Below, in pieces: positions 33,762-47,152 of a stretch of DNA of 64,000 bases (its first letter is position 1; each line of letters starts with the position of its first letter). The translations under genes were made by a program, and so were the position numbers. A model generated the notes under the pieces. The model did not search any database. It was given only the letters and a program-made list of their open reading frames with translations, and was not told the origin of the DNA. The stretch covers positions 1 to 64,000 of the forward strand of contig JAAILG010000173.1 in assembly GCA_012026655.1 (NCBI GenBank), given 5' to 3'. The DNA is from Hydrolagus affinis. Taxonomy: Eukaryota.

Positions 33762-35209
33762 TCAAATGCAGATGGAATGAAGCAAGAAAAGAAAATTACG
33801 AAATTAGTAACCCCCCCACTTGAATAAGCTTGTAAGAACTCAATAATGAGCTGCTAAAAATGAAACCGCTGAGATTGTTGCAATAAAATTCCATGTAGAA
33901 AGACAAGCTTCTAAGCAATCAATACAGTTGAGATTTATTTCAGATGTGGTGGAATTTCTGCTGCCTTGAGAAAAGTCAGCTAATTACGCACTCAGGGATG
34001 AAAAATATGGCATTTCATATCTCTTTGAATCATATATGATACGCAATTTTCCCACCCTTTATGTCATGCGTGGTTAAGGACCAAAGATAGTCTGAATTAC
34101 TTTCAAGCCTTTCGACTGGGAATAACAAAAGCAGCTGTGGTGCTTTGTGCTGACACAGCCCACCACACACGTGTGTTTGCCATTAATGATATTCTTTGAG
34201 GTTTCTCAGGTTTCACTGTGCTGTAATATTAGCAGGAGACGTTAAAATCCATAAATAACTGTTCAGGTTGATTCACAGCAATTTGTCAAAGGTTATGCTT
34301 GCATTCCCATCATTCTGTTATCTAACACTTCAGTAACACCAGCTCTGTGTTTAGCTCTTAACATGAATCACTGGAAGCTAGGAAAACTTAAACAGATCAA
34401 AATGTTAAAATACAGAATCGATGGGTTTAAGTGCTCTCTTTATATACTCCTCTGAGGGATTCCAAAGTTTTGAATCTCCCCGGAATTCTCTTTAAAGACA
34501 AAAACAAACTTCTTTTGGAATCGAGTAATGCGATGTTTCTGAACAGTGAACTGGATGCTCAAGATCGGAAATAGTGAGACCATTCGAAAAATCTTATACT
34601 GTACTGTATTGTGGGTTAATTGCTCTCAGAGCTAAAGACAGAGCAGATGGGAAAAACGGTTGGGCTATCATCTGTCATAGTCAGCAGGAAGTGCACATAC
34701 CTAGTCTGAGCAAGATGACATTGAAAGATGCTTCTGGCATGCAAGGAGCATCTTAAAAGGAAGCATTAAAATTACAACCGGATTTGCTAAATTTCCCAAA
34801 TACATTTCAATGGTAGTGTTACTGGGCAAGGCAGCCCACCACCCATCTCCTCACCCATAGATACATCAGCTGATGGGTATTAAATCACTTCTATCCCTCC
34901 CCCCCCTCCCTCCCCCCCCCCACCCACACTATGATGGACAAGGTAAACTATCTGTTGGAAAATGTGTGTTTGTGAGCATTGAATGAGAACACAAGTTTGT
35001 CTTCAAAATCCAGCTGTTTGCTATAACACAAAGCTCAATTCACTGTGCATGTTCAAAGCCAAGCCATTGGTTTGTATATTTTTTAACATAACATGTTTAA
35101 TTCTGTTCAATGTCACCCCCACTGATAGTTAAATAGCTTGTCACTTGGGTGGAGAGCTATCAGAGAGCTAGCTATTAGTATATCTTACTTGATGCACACA
35201 TGACTGAAA

Positions 35210-35315
35210 AGGGAAATGAGGGGTATAAGAGAGATGGGCCTGTGTGGAGGTCTAAACCCAACATGGATTGGTTGGGCCGAATGGCCTTTTGCCATCCGAT
35301 ATCACTCCATGTAAC
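35210..35315 (+). mobile_element. CR1-type LINE 3' tail fragment
   Basis: cctgtgtggagg..aaacccaacatggattggttgggccgaatggcct. Confidence 0.55.
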
Positions 35316-36125
35316 TTGATCAAACTGTGCAGCGGCATCGTTGCTTCAGAAAAGGAACGGAAAGGGAGTGGGGAGTTTCCATGTTGTAACACTATCTCGT
35401 GGCACCAAAACCCCTGATTTGCTCTAGCTGCAAAAGATCCCACAACCAGCTTCTGCTCCACATACAAGCAAATAAATGAATAGAGCAATACTGTTTTTCA
35501 AAAACACTCTATTGTTTTAACATACGTAAACATAGGAGTTTGTGGTGGGTTCTTGTGCTTATACTTGACCAAGGGCCCAATTCCAAATAGCACACATCCA
35601 TGTTTACTTCTGAGACCGCCCCAGTGTTGTCATTGCCAGTATTATGTCTCTCAGACTTCCTAACTTCTCACTTAGAAAAACTAAGGGAGATGTCACAGTG
35701 GAATTGTTTGTCGAGAGCAAATTTAACTTTACTGGATAATAAAATGTACAGTATTCAGTTTTTTTTTTAAAAAAAGGGGATTTGGTCAGGAAAATTGCTA
35801 TTCAATTTGTCGGATATAAAGGATTCATATTATGATATACTGTATACTGAAGACCTGCTATTTAGGGTTATTGTTTTGTTTACTTTGACATTGATTTTAA
35901 AACAAGTATATAGTCTATTTGGGGATTATTGGGCATGATTAGGCTATTTCTACAAATGTAAAGGATCAGAAGAGATCATTGAGGTCAGTTTGGCCAATTC
36001 TAACGTTGAAAAAAGAAAACTACACGACTATAGGTTTCGTAATAACTCAATTGATTTTTTTACACGAAACACCGTCCAGTCTCCTCTTGAATTAGCTGAC
36101 AGAATCTGCCTCCATTGGGTAATCT

Positions 36126-36446
36126 GAAGTCCTGTAGCACAAAGCTTGGAGCACTTGCCTTATAAGCATGCGACCTGTGTTCGAATCCAGGCAGGTCAGG
36201 GCGAAACCTTGGCCAAGTTTCCTTACTCCACATACCTAATAATAATCTCTCCCAAAAAAACACAATACATAAAATTGGTCATTTCAATCCATGACTGTTT
36301 GTGGGACACTGCTGTGCGCAAGTGGCTGCCGCATTTCGCCCACAAATATACAGTCAATTCACTTTACAGTACATTGTGTGGAGCGCTTTAATACGTCAGG
36401 AAGACATGAAAAAGCACTATATCAAATACAAGGATTATTATTATTA
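36126..36446 (+). mobile_element. Near full-length tRNA-headed SINE (same family as 3822)
   Basis: gttcgaatccaggcaggtcagggcgaaaccttgg ... aaagcactatatcaaatacaaggattattattatt. Confidence 0.9.
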
Positions 36447-37319
36447 TGATCCATTTCCATATATTCAAATATAGATCATTAACTACCAATCAGATTCATG
36501 TACATTCTGACTGGCTATGAAACCATTGCTAATAATAACTCCTTTTCCATTTTCAAATACAAAAATTGTATTTCTTTGTTCATGGTATATTTCTTCACCA
36601 CACACAGGTTGTGCACACATTTTTCCAGGGACACTCCCTTTAAAACAGTCAGGAGTCACCCCTCTGTGCACCACAACCATGTGCACACACACACACCCCT
36701 TTCGGAAGGCGCCCCGATGTGCTCTGTACGTGCACTTGTTAATTGTACATACTTTTTCTGGATAGTCTATGCTTACATGTTCAGTGTCCTTCTGTATCTT
36801 TACAACAGCAACTTTGATTTATATAGTGCCCTCCACGCCGGACAGCGTCTCGGAGCGCATCAAACACTTATTTACAACCACTTTGAGTGCACTCGTGGGC
36901 TACACTGTGGGCTTTGCTTGGGAAACACAAATGAAGTTAATACAAGTGAACTCCTTCCCCACATTTTAATAGATTTCCATGGGAGTAAATAACTCACATT
37001 TTGCAACAGTAGATCCCTGGATGTAAATGTCACAGGGCTTTTCATAATGAGTAGTTTAGAGCTTCATGCCACTTAAAAATACATTCTGTTGAGAGAAAGT
37101 AGAAAGATGCTGCAATGCTGCGGTATTTGCTAGTGATTCCATTAACCTCTTCTGCCAATGCTGGGCAAATGACCTCCCCCTCCCATTGTGATAAACAGTG
37201 CTGTTTACAGTTGAGTCATCCTCTAGCTATTTCCTACTGAGTGCCATTGTAAATGCCAACTATTCCAATATTGCTGCATTACATAATGTTGAGCTCCTCT
37301 AGTATGACACCAACTGCAT

Positions 37320-37667
37320 ATTTTCTTTCTGCAAAACGCAGAGCTCAACCTGAGCTCCATTACCCGCCCTACAATCGGTGGATAGGCTTTCAGCCCCCTC
37401 CGCCCCCTCACTCTAGAACTCCATCCCACAGTCCCTTCGCCTCGCTTCCTCCCTCGCCTTTTTCAAGGCCGGTTTCAAGATCCTCCTCTTTGATCGTGCC
37501 TTCTGCTGCCCTCCCAACTCCCTCCCCTCCTAACTCTCTCCTGCCCTTCCCCTCTACCCTGCCCCTTTCCCCGGCTCGGGTCCCAACCTGACTGTTCAGC
37601 GCCTTAGCACTTCCTCTCAATGTGAAAGGCACTCTAGAAATGTAATTTTGTTATTGCTGTTGTTGTT
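37320..37667 (+). mobile_element. L2 3' end fragment
   Basis: ggctttcagcc..ctctagaactccatcc..ttcaaggccggtttcaaga..cagcgccttag..gtgaaaggcactctagaaatgtaattttgttattgctgttg. Confidence 0.85.
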
Positions 37668-37709
37668 TTAAAAGATAAAAATAAAGAGCCTTTTTTTAAT
37701 CAAACAAGT

Positions 37710-37972
37710 TAATAATAAATACTAATGCTTGCATTTGATATAGTGCTTTTCACGACTTCTAGGCATCTCAAAGTGCTTCACAGAATACACCATAAAGTGA
37801 ATTGACTATATTTGTGGGTGAAATGCAGCAGCCAATTGCGCACAGAAGTATTTGAAATGAGCAATTTTTATTATTGTGGGTTTTTTGGAGGGATTATTAT
37901 TAGGTGTGTGGAGTAAAGAAACTTCCCCAAGGTTTGCCCCTGACCTGCCCGGATTCAAACACAGGTCTCACG
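37710..37972 (-). mobile_element. tRNA-headed SINE (family of 3822)
   Basis: cttgcatttgatatagtgcttttcacg ... ccctgacctgcccggattcaaacacaggtctc. Confidence 0.88.
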
Positions 37973-38650
37973 CAGTTTTACAATTGAATTTTGAGTTTCT
38001 GTACTTTAAAGTGGGTGATGTCGGTTTTTATTTATGTAATAAGAATCCACTAGGCATTGAAATTCAGTAAGTCATGTGAACAAGTTTCAATTTGCATATG
38101 GTTCGTACATTTCCTCTCTTTGTAAAGGAACATTATGAACCACAAACCCCACAGGGAGTGAGTTCTTTCCCTCAGCTGACCACTGGCATGCTGCTGGAAA
38201 CTACACAGCATGTTGCAATGTCCAAAAAAGCCACACGATTACTGTCTAATTTCAGCAAAGTGCAGTGTTCTATTGTAATCTATGAGGAATCGACCTTGTT
38301 AAATAGAGGGTTTGTGTAATGTAATAGCCACGCAGTAGCGGTGTTGCAGTTGCAAGGAATCACTTCTGCAACAGCTGGGGTGGCTTTATTGTAACCCTGT
38401 CTGAATCGAGAGCTGAAACAATTCTCTAGAACAGAACCTCAGCGTTTCAGTAATCTTGAGAATCAATTATGCAGCCCTTGCAGCTTTCTATCTGTGAAAT
38501 TATGAAAATGACAAAATCTGAAGGTTCCTTTAAATAATGTTGGCAGTCCTGTCAAATTGCACCAAGTTCACTGCATATCAAGACAAGCAAACAAAAGATA
38601 AAAGCTGATTACCAAGTGCCGGTCCTTTCAAGAGCCATGTGGTCTATAGT

Positions 38651-38838
38651 GTTGAGGTTGTTAATTCGATAATATTGAACCCTGCCGGTAATCGGATGTG
38701 CTTTGTGCCAATCGACGGGAACTCCAGAAAAGAAAGTTGCATCGGAGCGGAGTTCCTGTGAGTCACCAACTTGTATCTGATTACTGGTGGGATTCAATAT
38801 TAATGTTAATAATAATCTGTGCAATTAATACACTCAAC
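38651..38838. repeat. Imperfect palindrome or degenerate fold-back element
   Basis: taatattgaaccctgccggtaatcggat / atctgattactggtgggattcaatatta; gggaactcc / ggagttcct; gttgag..ttaatt / aattaa..ctcaac. Confidence 0.7.
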
Positions 38839-40497
38839 GTTGAAATGTCTAATCATTTAACAGGGGTTGCTGGCAAGTGTATTGGCTGTACATCTGCATA
38901 TGGTGACCAATAATTTGCAAACATCAATGTCCAACAAACAGTTATGAAGTGAGTAACCAAGTTTATCTGGAGGGCTGTTGGGCCAGGACATCGGGAGAAA
39001 CCTGACGGATCAAAGCAATTGGTTTTTAGGCAGCTTTAGAAGATGGATAGGGAGAGATGACTGAGGCATTGAGGGAGGGTCACTTTCTAATTACCACCAT
39101 TCCTGGGACTAACAAAGCAGCTGATGGCTTTGATTTCATGGATTGCACTGCCTATTCAAACTTCCCAGAAAATAGAGACAGTTTTAAGATCAGTGATTCT
39201 TTGAAATTAAGCAATCCATTGAATTCAGATCAGCAAAACACACAAACAGGATAGTTTAGTAAATTCACAACATCAGTTGCAGATGATAGGTTGGGCTAAT
39301 CAAAATCCTTTTAAAATATATAATATAAAATACTTTCCCTTTAACCTTTAGCAAATAATTTTCAGTGCCCCTGAAGGAACGATATCATAAAGGAACCTAA
39401 AAGCCTCTAAATGTCAATGACCAGAATACTGGAATATTTCAACGATACTGGCAATATCACAAAACGATAAAAATATCAAGGGATCTGCACAATATGTATT
39501 TATTGTAAAAGGTACCATTACATTGACATGCTCTCGTCAAATATTCATCTGCAAACTGATTTTCCACTTCTTATATGAAGAGCACCACTTTCTAATATAT
39601 TAACGGGTACAAATATATCAGAATAAGGTCAGTAAATGACTCATTCAAACCTTTACTTTCATACAAATGTTATTGAAATTCTGTTATTAAAATGTTATTG
39701 AAATTCTGCGTTTTAAGGTGAAGTGTTTTATTATAAAATAGCACAAAGTTATTTATTGACAAATACAAATCAAGTATTTGATTTGTAAGCTACATAATTG
39801 TAAGCTCAGAAATCGTTAGACCTATGAAAAAGAACAATAATATGATCTTGATTCAAAGACTGATTACTATTGCAATGTAGTCAGTAATTTACCTTTCTTC
39901 TTATTCCTTATATTCAATGCAGCCTAGTTACTGTTTGCTTCCCAGGAGGCAGAAAGGGCCATATGAAAAGTGCTGTGGCTAAAATAGTGCCAGCAACTAC
40001 TGTGGTGTCAGACACTGAATTACTGATTGTAATTCAATCCTGTTAGAATTTCTGACTGTTTGGTAAGGCAGTTGGGTGCCTTCAGCTCATTTGATTTCTA
40101 CGGAAGCATCAGTAGTGAGCAGCAAAAATGCAACTCATGCTTAAGTGGTACGTGTAAAAGTAGCATTAAATATTTATCTGGTATTTCTACCATTGGGAAG
40201 GTGGATCCATGTGTATCTATCGAATCATGAAAAGGCTATTGAAGGAATGTTAGAGCACTGAGAATGATGCCAGTGCCATTAGGCCCAGGGCTTTAAAGTA
40301 GTCTCATAAAGCTGATACACTGTCTGAAAATGGGCTTTAAAATCCCACAGGTTTTTTCAGTGTAGCCTTTTTGTTAAAACCTCTCTGGAAGCTGGCTCTG
40401 GTGAATGTGTAGTTGTAATTTTTCTCTTGCTTACGAAGTGTCTAAGGTAAGTTAACATCTGTACCAATATGGAGCAACTACTGCTATGCATAGACAA

Positions 40498-40962
40498 TAG
40501 TGTCCGGCGATATATCGATATAATTTTTCATATCGATATGCCGATATTGGAATTTAAAATATATTGATATATCGAAAAATTCGGTATTAAAAATTATATT
40601 GGTATATCATAAATATTGGTATATCGTTTCCAGCGATATATCAGTATTATCGGTATAATGCGAACTTTTCCAACTTACCTTGTCGCCGGCATTGCAAACC
40701 TCCTGGGCCTAGAGCACGGAATGCGCGAGCATATCGGAATGCACGTGCACATCCGAATGCGCGCACCCCCCCCAAATACTCACACACCCCCGAATGCGCA
40801 TGCACTCCCGAATGTGCGCGCACCCCCCCAAATGTGCGCGCACCCCCGAATGCGCGTGCATGCGCAGTATTAAAAAAAATGGAAATATAGATATATTGGT
40901 ATATATCGATATGAGCCCACCGATATATCGATATTGGAAATTTTCCATATCGATGGACCCTA
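40498..40962. mobile_element. hAT-type MITE (same family as 13543), 465 bp, TSD ATAGACAA/ATAGGCAA
   Basis: TAGTGTCCGGCGATATATCG ... ATATCGATGGACCCTA; internal ~18-20 bp tandem units. Confidence 0.92.
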
Positions 40963-42384
40963 ATAGGCAATAAAAAGCAGACATTGAGGTGAAGAGATGG
41001 GTGTAACAACTGGCATTCTATGTCTGGTGCCTCCAAGTACTTTTGTATGTATGGTGTCTCCAAGTACTGTACTTTGTAAAAAAAACACAGAGGAATACAA
41101 TCAAACATGTAGACCACACCCACAATTCCTTGGAAGTGAAGGCATATTCTGTGGCAGCATATAAGTGTAGACATTGTTAACTGTTATCCCATCTCCTGGA
41201 AATCTTTCCTGAATGCTCACAATTTGGATGGACATTTTTAATGCATGAGGTGATAGCACTCTCAATTCTGGGTCAGAAGATTATGGAGACACACTCTTAT
41301 CTTTCTATGTATTTGGATTAAAAAAAAGACCAGAGATTCAATGAGTCCACTATTGGGATAATTCTCCCATTCCAACTCGCATACAATCTAACTTTACACC
41401 TCTCTTGTTGTTGATCCCTCCAGATTTATCAACCCTCTACAAGAGACGAGCAAAAATAATATTTTTTTTAAAATCTAGAATACAGTGCAGTACTGCCAAG
41501 ATCCATCCTGCTTCTTTTCTTGATGCACATTATTAGAAGTGCCATTGGGTGAGATGTAAAACCAAGGTCCTGATCTGGTGATTCTGACTATTAGCCCTAA
41601 CATGTTCAAAGTTCTTTTTCATGCTACTTCCAGTAAGTGAATTAAAGAAGATGATAGATCTGTTGCCAGCATCTGACTGACGTGTGACACATTACCATTG
41701 GGAACCTGCCTCTGGTGTAAACCAAGTCTCTTGCCAGTGACATTGAATTAATGCTTATAATTGAGCTCCAACTATTTAATGGGATTTTGTCTGTGAGGAA
41801 TAGTGGTCTCTCAACTGGAACTATGTTCATTGTAAACTCATTTGATGGTTGACTTAACTCCCTCAGGATGGAGGGCATTTAATGATAGGAGCTTGCCTTG
41901 TACTCTTGCAGTAAGTTTATGGTATGTTCTATATGTTCACTGGGTCTCAATATAAAGTCTTCTTTGAACACCAAATTGCTGGAACTCCGTTGAAATATTT
42001 TCCTGGTTCAACAACAACAACAACTTTGATTTATATAGCGCCCTCCACACCAGACGGCGTCCCAGAGCGCTTCACGATTGCAGAACCAGACAACAGATTT
42101 GCTGTATCTTTTCTTATACAATTGCTTGAGTCAGTTCCCTGTAAAGATTGCTTACCCATCCATGTCATGAAGACTGCTGCAAGAGAGGGTTGTATTTGTC
42201 CTAAATGAATACTCGAGTTACAGTGTCTTGAGCACTTTATCTTGGCAAGTGGAGGACAACTCACAATGTCACTGCTCATGGTCAAATATACTTGAGCTGT
42301 ACATTTGTCAAATGAAGATTTAAGCTGCATTGTGCTGAGCACATGCATGTCCTCTTCTTCAATACTACTACTACTAATAATAAT

Positions 42385-42990
42385 ACTGTAATAATAATTC
42401 TTGTGTTTGATGAGGCATTGTGTAATTGAGATGCCTTAAAACACATCATAGGTTTCTACTGTGCATTTGTAGGCACAAGCAGCAGATAATTTGCATACAT
42501 ACAGTAAAGTCCCACTAACAGCCATGAAGTGAATGACTAATTTTACCTGTGTGATTGCTGGCCAGGAAACCTGGAGAAACACCCTTTTCTCTTTGAATAG
42601 TAGTGCCTTGGGATCTTTAATATCAACAACAATAACTTGCATTGATATAACTCCCTTCATGTGGGATAGCGTCTTGGAGAGCTTAACAATGGTGGAGCCT
42701 GATGCTGAGGGTAAGGAAGTGACCCTGAGCACAGTCAAAGAGGAAGGTCTTCTGTTATGGTCTAGAAAAAGGGAAGGAGGGATTGAAGGACAGAGTTCCT
42801 ACGTTTACGGGCCATAGTTTCTGAAAGCACAGCCACTGATGGTGCAGAGGGGATGAGGGCCAAGCAGAAGGCGAGAGATGGCAGCTGGTGGAGTCTGGAG
42901 TAAACAGGTTGAAGACCAGCAAGGAGGGCACCTGAACAGGCAGAAGAGACCTCAGAATAACATCTTGTCTGAAGGATAGCTTCAACTCCT
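42385..42990 (-). mobile_element. Old Deu-type SINE (to ~42625) followed by an old L2 3' fragment
   Basis: ggccaggaaacctggaga..ctctttgaatagtagtgccttgggatcttta; gtcaaagaggaaggtctt..cagagttcc..ctgaaagcacagccactgatggtg. Confidence 0.55.
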
Positions 42991-45164
42991 TGAAGAGTAG
43001 AATGTCAGAATCAGATACTCTGAGAAAATAATTGAAGGTGACTATCTAAGGGACAAATATACTTGAGACATTTCCTGAGCCATTAATTGATCTGCTGATC
43101 AAAAAAAATCAGGAAATGGTCATTGCAGTCGAGCTTTTGTTGTCAACTGATATGAAAATACTTGCACTTCTCAATTACATTATTTTGTAACTCACTTGCA
43201 GCTACAAATAATTCTATATAAACATAATCCAATATTATTCACTGACTAGGAAAAACCATAATCCTAAAAACACGATCTGCTTTCAAAAAGAAGCATTTGT
43301 CGCCAAACATGGATTCTAACAAGCCTCCCAGTCACTGTAATAATACCCTTGGTGTTTACATAGTGCCTTGGAAGTAAAAAAAAGTCTCAAAGAATTTTAT
43401 GAAACATAATTGATCAGAAATAATATCGAATGTTGTTATATAGGCACACACAGCAGCGAATCTATGCCAGCATTATCCCATAAACAATAGTGAAGATATG
43501 TGACCTCTATATTTGGATTAGAAATGGAACGTGAAGCAGGATAATGTGGCAAAAGACTTATTTGAATACCAATGTCAATCCAAATTGCAAGGCAGAGTAT
43601 AAATTATTAATAATGATTTTTTAAGAAAAGACAACTTGGAAATAAATAATAAAATAATATGTGATACAGAATGGTCTTATGTGACATCTTATCTACTCTT
43701 AGATGAGAAACATAGAGAAATAAAAATTACATCAAGGTTGGAGAAATAATACCAGCGCACATCAATAATTTTATTTTTCCTTTCGATATTTTAATTTTTA
43801 CGCTTCAGTTTACATCACTCTGTATAAGGTGCTGGCTCATATGCTAGGAAGCATTTCCATAGATTATGCTCACTTTCCAGTGAGCTAATTGGCCACTTGT
43901 TCTCCATTAGCGCAGGTAACGCAAGCTGTCTGAACACAGGGAATAACATGCAAATGTTGATGTATTCCTCATTTGAAGTATACACATATTAATTTTGGTG
44001 GTAGTGGGGATGGTGCCAGTGTGAAGTTTAGAGTGCAACGCCGGTTGATTTTATCCTCCCTTGTGGCAAGATGCCGAGGGCCATTATAATGCTACAACTG
44101 CTACTGTGGCTTTTCACACTATACACTGCCTTTACTAACGTAACCATCAAATAAGCTCATTGGTTTGGTTTCGTAAAAATTAAGAACAGACACAATTTTT
44201 TTTTAAATTACAGTAGCAGTATATATACTCTTGTTCGTATACATCACTGTCTGTACACATGTTTGTTTGTGTGTGTAGTGTGTGATTGTTTATATTTTTC
44301 TAATCACAGCTGTAAAATGCCAGCTATTTTTTCCACAGGTTTGGAAACCCTGTTTACAGGCCTGAAAAAAAACTTCTGGTCTTTACTCATTATACTGCAC
44401 TGAAAAATCCATTTAGGATGATTTCTGTTGAGAATAGAGCAGCATCTCTGTTTAAAATACTTGAGTAATTTTTTCCATGTACACTGTAAAGAAGCATGCC
44501 AACAGCTGCTTTTACCATTATGGGTTGTTTCAGAAAGCTGAAAAAAGTCAAAGCCAGATGAGGCAAACTTGGACTGTGGAGACATTGGAGAACATATGCC
44601 TGACATGAAATCAAGTAAGACAGTCTGGAGACGCGTTTATACAGAAATTCAAATGCTTGCCAGTTTTGAATTTATAGCAATGTGGTAAACTTATTTCCCA
44701 AGTGACTTCTATAACTTGGCTTCAAATCCCTAATGTTTTCTATTTCATCAGAATGACTTACTCTGCCAGTTGAGTGAACATGAGGAAAACATTTGTTTCC
44801 CTCAGACAAAAAGATCTAACGTAGAAGAGAGAAAAAAAAAGCAAGTTTGGACAGTGACCAGGTTCAACATGTGATCAATTTAAGATGAGCCCCCTTTAGG
44901 ATCTGATTTGAAAACTGCAATTTAAGAGATAATCCATGTGCCTCAATATGTGCGAGACGTAATGCTACCTAATTTAAGGTGGTAAGTTTTTGTTTTGTGA
45001 AAGCTTAGAACAGCCCAAATCCCATTCACACAATAATAAAATTGTCAGTGGGCTGTTTTAATTTGTAAATTTTAGTGAAAGACATAATTGTTTAAATGTT
45101 CTTCATCTCAGCAAGGAGGACCACAAAGGCACAAAAGATTGTTCCCAGCACTCAGCTTGTGAAT

Positions 45165-45412
45165 TATCTCCTGCAGGTTGATATTTCCTGCAGTTCACTG
45201 TCCAGTACTCCCTGCTGGAAAGCACATATGTTGGCAGGACAGGTGAGAACACAGTGGGGTCTCCTTGCTACCCTCTCTCTGCCTGATGCCATTTATTGGC
45301 TTACAGGTGAAGAATGACCACTTGTCTGAGTTAACAGAAAGGAAATTGGCTCCCACAGAAATGTATCCCCGGGTGAGTCTGACATGCCTGCAGGAGAGGA
45401 GAGGGGAGAAAG
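45165..45412 (+). repeat. Ancient repeat family X
   Basis: cactgtccagtactccctgctggaaag..ggtgagaac..gtgaagaatgaccactt..caggagaggagaggggagaaa. Confidence 0.6.
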
Positions 45413-46879
45413 AGAATGCCAGAGATGTTGGCAGAAAGACAATATATTCTACAGAGATGAATGTATACTTGAAAAATCTTTGAAAATCTATTGTGTGAAT
45501 GGAGCTTAAAGTGTTATTTTGCAGCAGTGGCATTTGCTTGATGTTATCTATAACCCCAACAAGTAGACCACACAGCCCAACTGAGCAAAGCTGAGTAATA
45601 TCAAACACAGATGGCAATAGTGAGGTTAACAGCATTTATCATGACTGATCATGACAATATGGTACAAATATAAAGGGGTATAAGTGAAGAAAAGAGAAAT
45701 GAGAAGGGGAAGGAATGCAAGAGAGAATGCAAAGTAGCATGAATTGAAAGAAAGATTAAAATGGGTTGGAAAACAGGAGGAAATGGTGGGGGTAAGGGGG
45801 GTTGGGGTGGGGGGAACTTGAGATAAATATAAGGGAAGCAAAATAAACTGAAAGGAAGCAAAATAATGTTTTTTAAAAATGTAGAGAATTGGGGAATGAA
45901 ACCAATGCAAAAAAAAACGACAACAAACAAAATTACATTTATAGAGAGCCTTTCATGTCAGGAGGACGTCCCAAGGCGCTGATTTAGAGAGAGAAAGAGA
46001 AAGAGAGAGAAGTCAGTTCTAAATGCAAGAGTACATCTGGATCGAAAACATTCTTGGGTACACATGATTAGAAACATACCAAGAGTATGGAGATTTAGAA
46101 AAAAGTAAACGTGTGAAAACTAGAATTCTGAAATGGAAACAGAAAGTATTGAAATGCACTGTAGGTCAATTGGCATGTCAATAAGAATGGCTAATGTTTC
46201 AGGTGTGACCCTTCATCAGAAGTAAAGAAATGTATGGAAATGGTTTCATTGTTTTGTCTCGCAGATATACTGGAAAATCACTACTTCTTATTTCAGTCAT
46301 TAGAATCTTCTGTTCTGAATTTCCTCCTGTCTAGTACCAGCAAGGCTTGCTACTTATCATGCACTTGTAATTGACGGACGGTCCAGCTTTGCGTGCAGTG
46401 ACTCGCGGCTCCTGAATGTCTGTCTAGGAATGTTTCAAGTAGACAAATGGAACATTGCTACGCTGTAAATGTATTCAGGAGCTCGGCAAAGGCAGAACCA
46501 GCTCTCTGTTGTATGCCTTCAAACAAAAAGCAAAAGAACATTATTACCATGTCATTCTTGTTGATGGGAGCCACGATTTCTGATCTTCCTCCTGGTGGGC
46601 CCACATGATTAGCCTTTGTGTATTCTGCGGGCCGAGATACTTAAGTGTCTTGTTGCATGTATATACAAATTACAGGGCAGGTCATTTCCATCACTTACTT
46701 ATTTGTCTCAAACTACACAATAAACTCTTAAACTCTTGATTATTTTCCATGATAATTAAACCTCAAGGCTAAACGTAAGTACAATGTTCTGGCATGGAGG
46801 CCCTGGTAATCAGCGAGACCACTTGTCTAATGGTTTTACCTCACGACAATTAGCAATAAAGGCAGTTTTGTGAAGAGTA

Positions 46880-47152
46880 GGTGGGTGGGTGGGGCAAGTG
46901 TTTCACGATGCCTTGCATTTCAGCCTGGTAAAATTTGGTAACAATGAGCAAGTTTGATAAAATCCCTCCCAAATGAAAAAAATCTGACCGACTGCTCCAC
47001 AACCATTTGTGGGACTCTGCTCTATGCAATTGCGTGCCACATTTTGCCCACAATGTACAGTCAATCTTTAAAATATAATCTGTGAAGCACTTTGAGATGG
47101 CTCAACAGCGTAATATTACACGATATTATTAAATGCAAGGATAATATTATTA
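46880..47152 (+). mobile_element. Degenerate SINE copy
   Basis: tttgtgggactctgctctatgcaattgcgtgccacattttgcccaca..gtgaagcactttgagatg..aaatgcaaggataatattatt. Confidence 0.7.

Noticed and set aside
34895-34926. C-run (and G-run at 45785-45815) with G-quadruplex potential
   Set aside because: Simple low-complexity runs that are common in such genomes, with no supporting context.
36498-36992. 164-aa ORF
   Set aside because: No recognisable domain, and it runs through an L2 tail insertion (36803-36858). Likely chance.
39665-39708. 19-bp direct repeat aaatgttattgaaattctg (also the 33-bp and 26-bp duplications at 25630 and 49734)
   Set aside because: Ordinary local slippage or repair duplications with no sign of function.
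40718-40866. Regularly spaced short repeats, superficially CRISPR-like
   Set aside because: Head-to-tail degenerate units with no unique spacers, eukaryotic context and no cas genes.
40647-41174. 175-aa ORF with AHSGV-like repeats
   Set aside because: Product of the minisatellite inside the hAT MITE.
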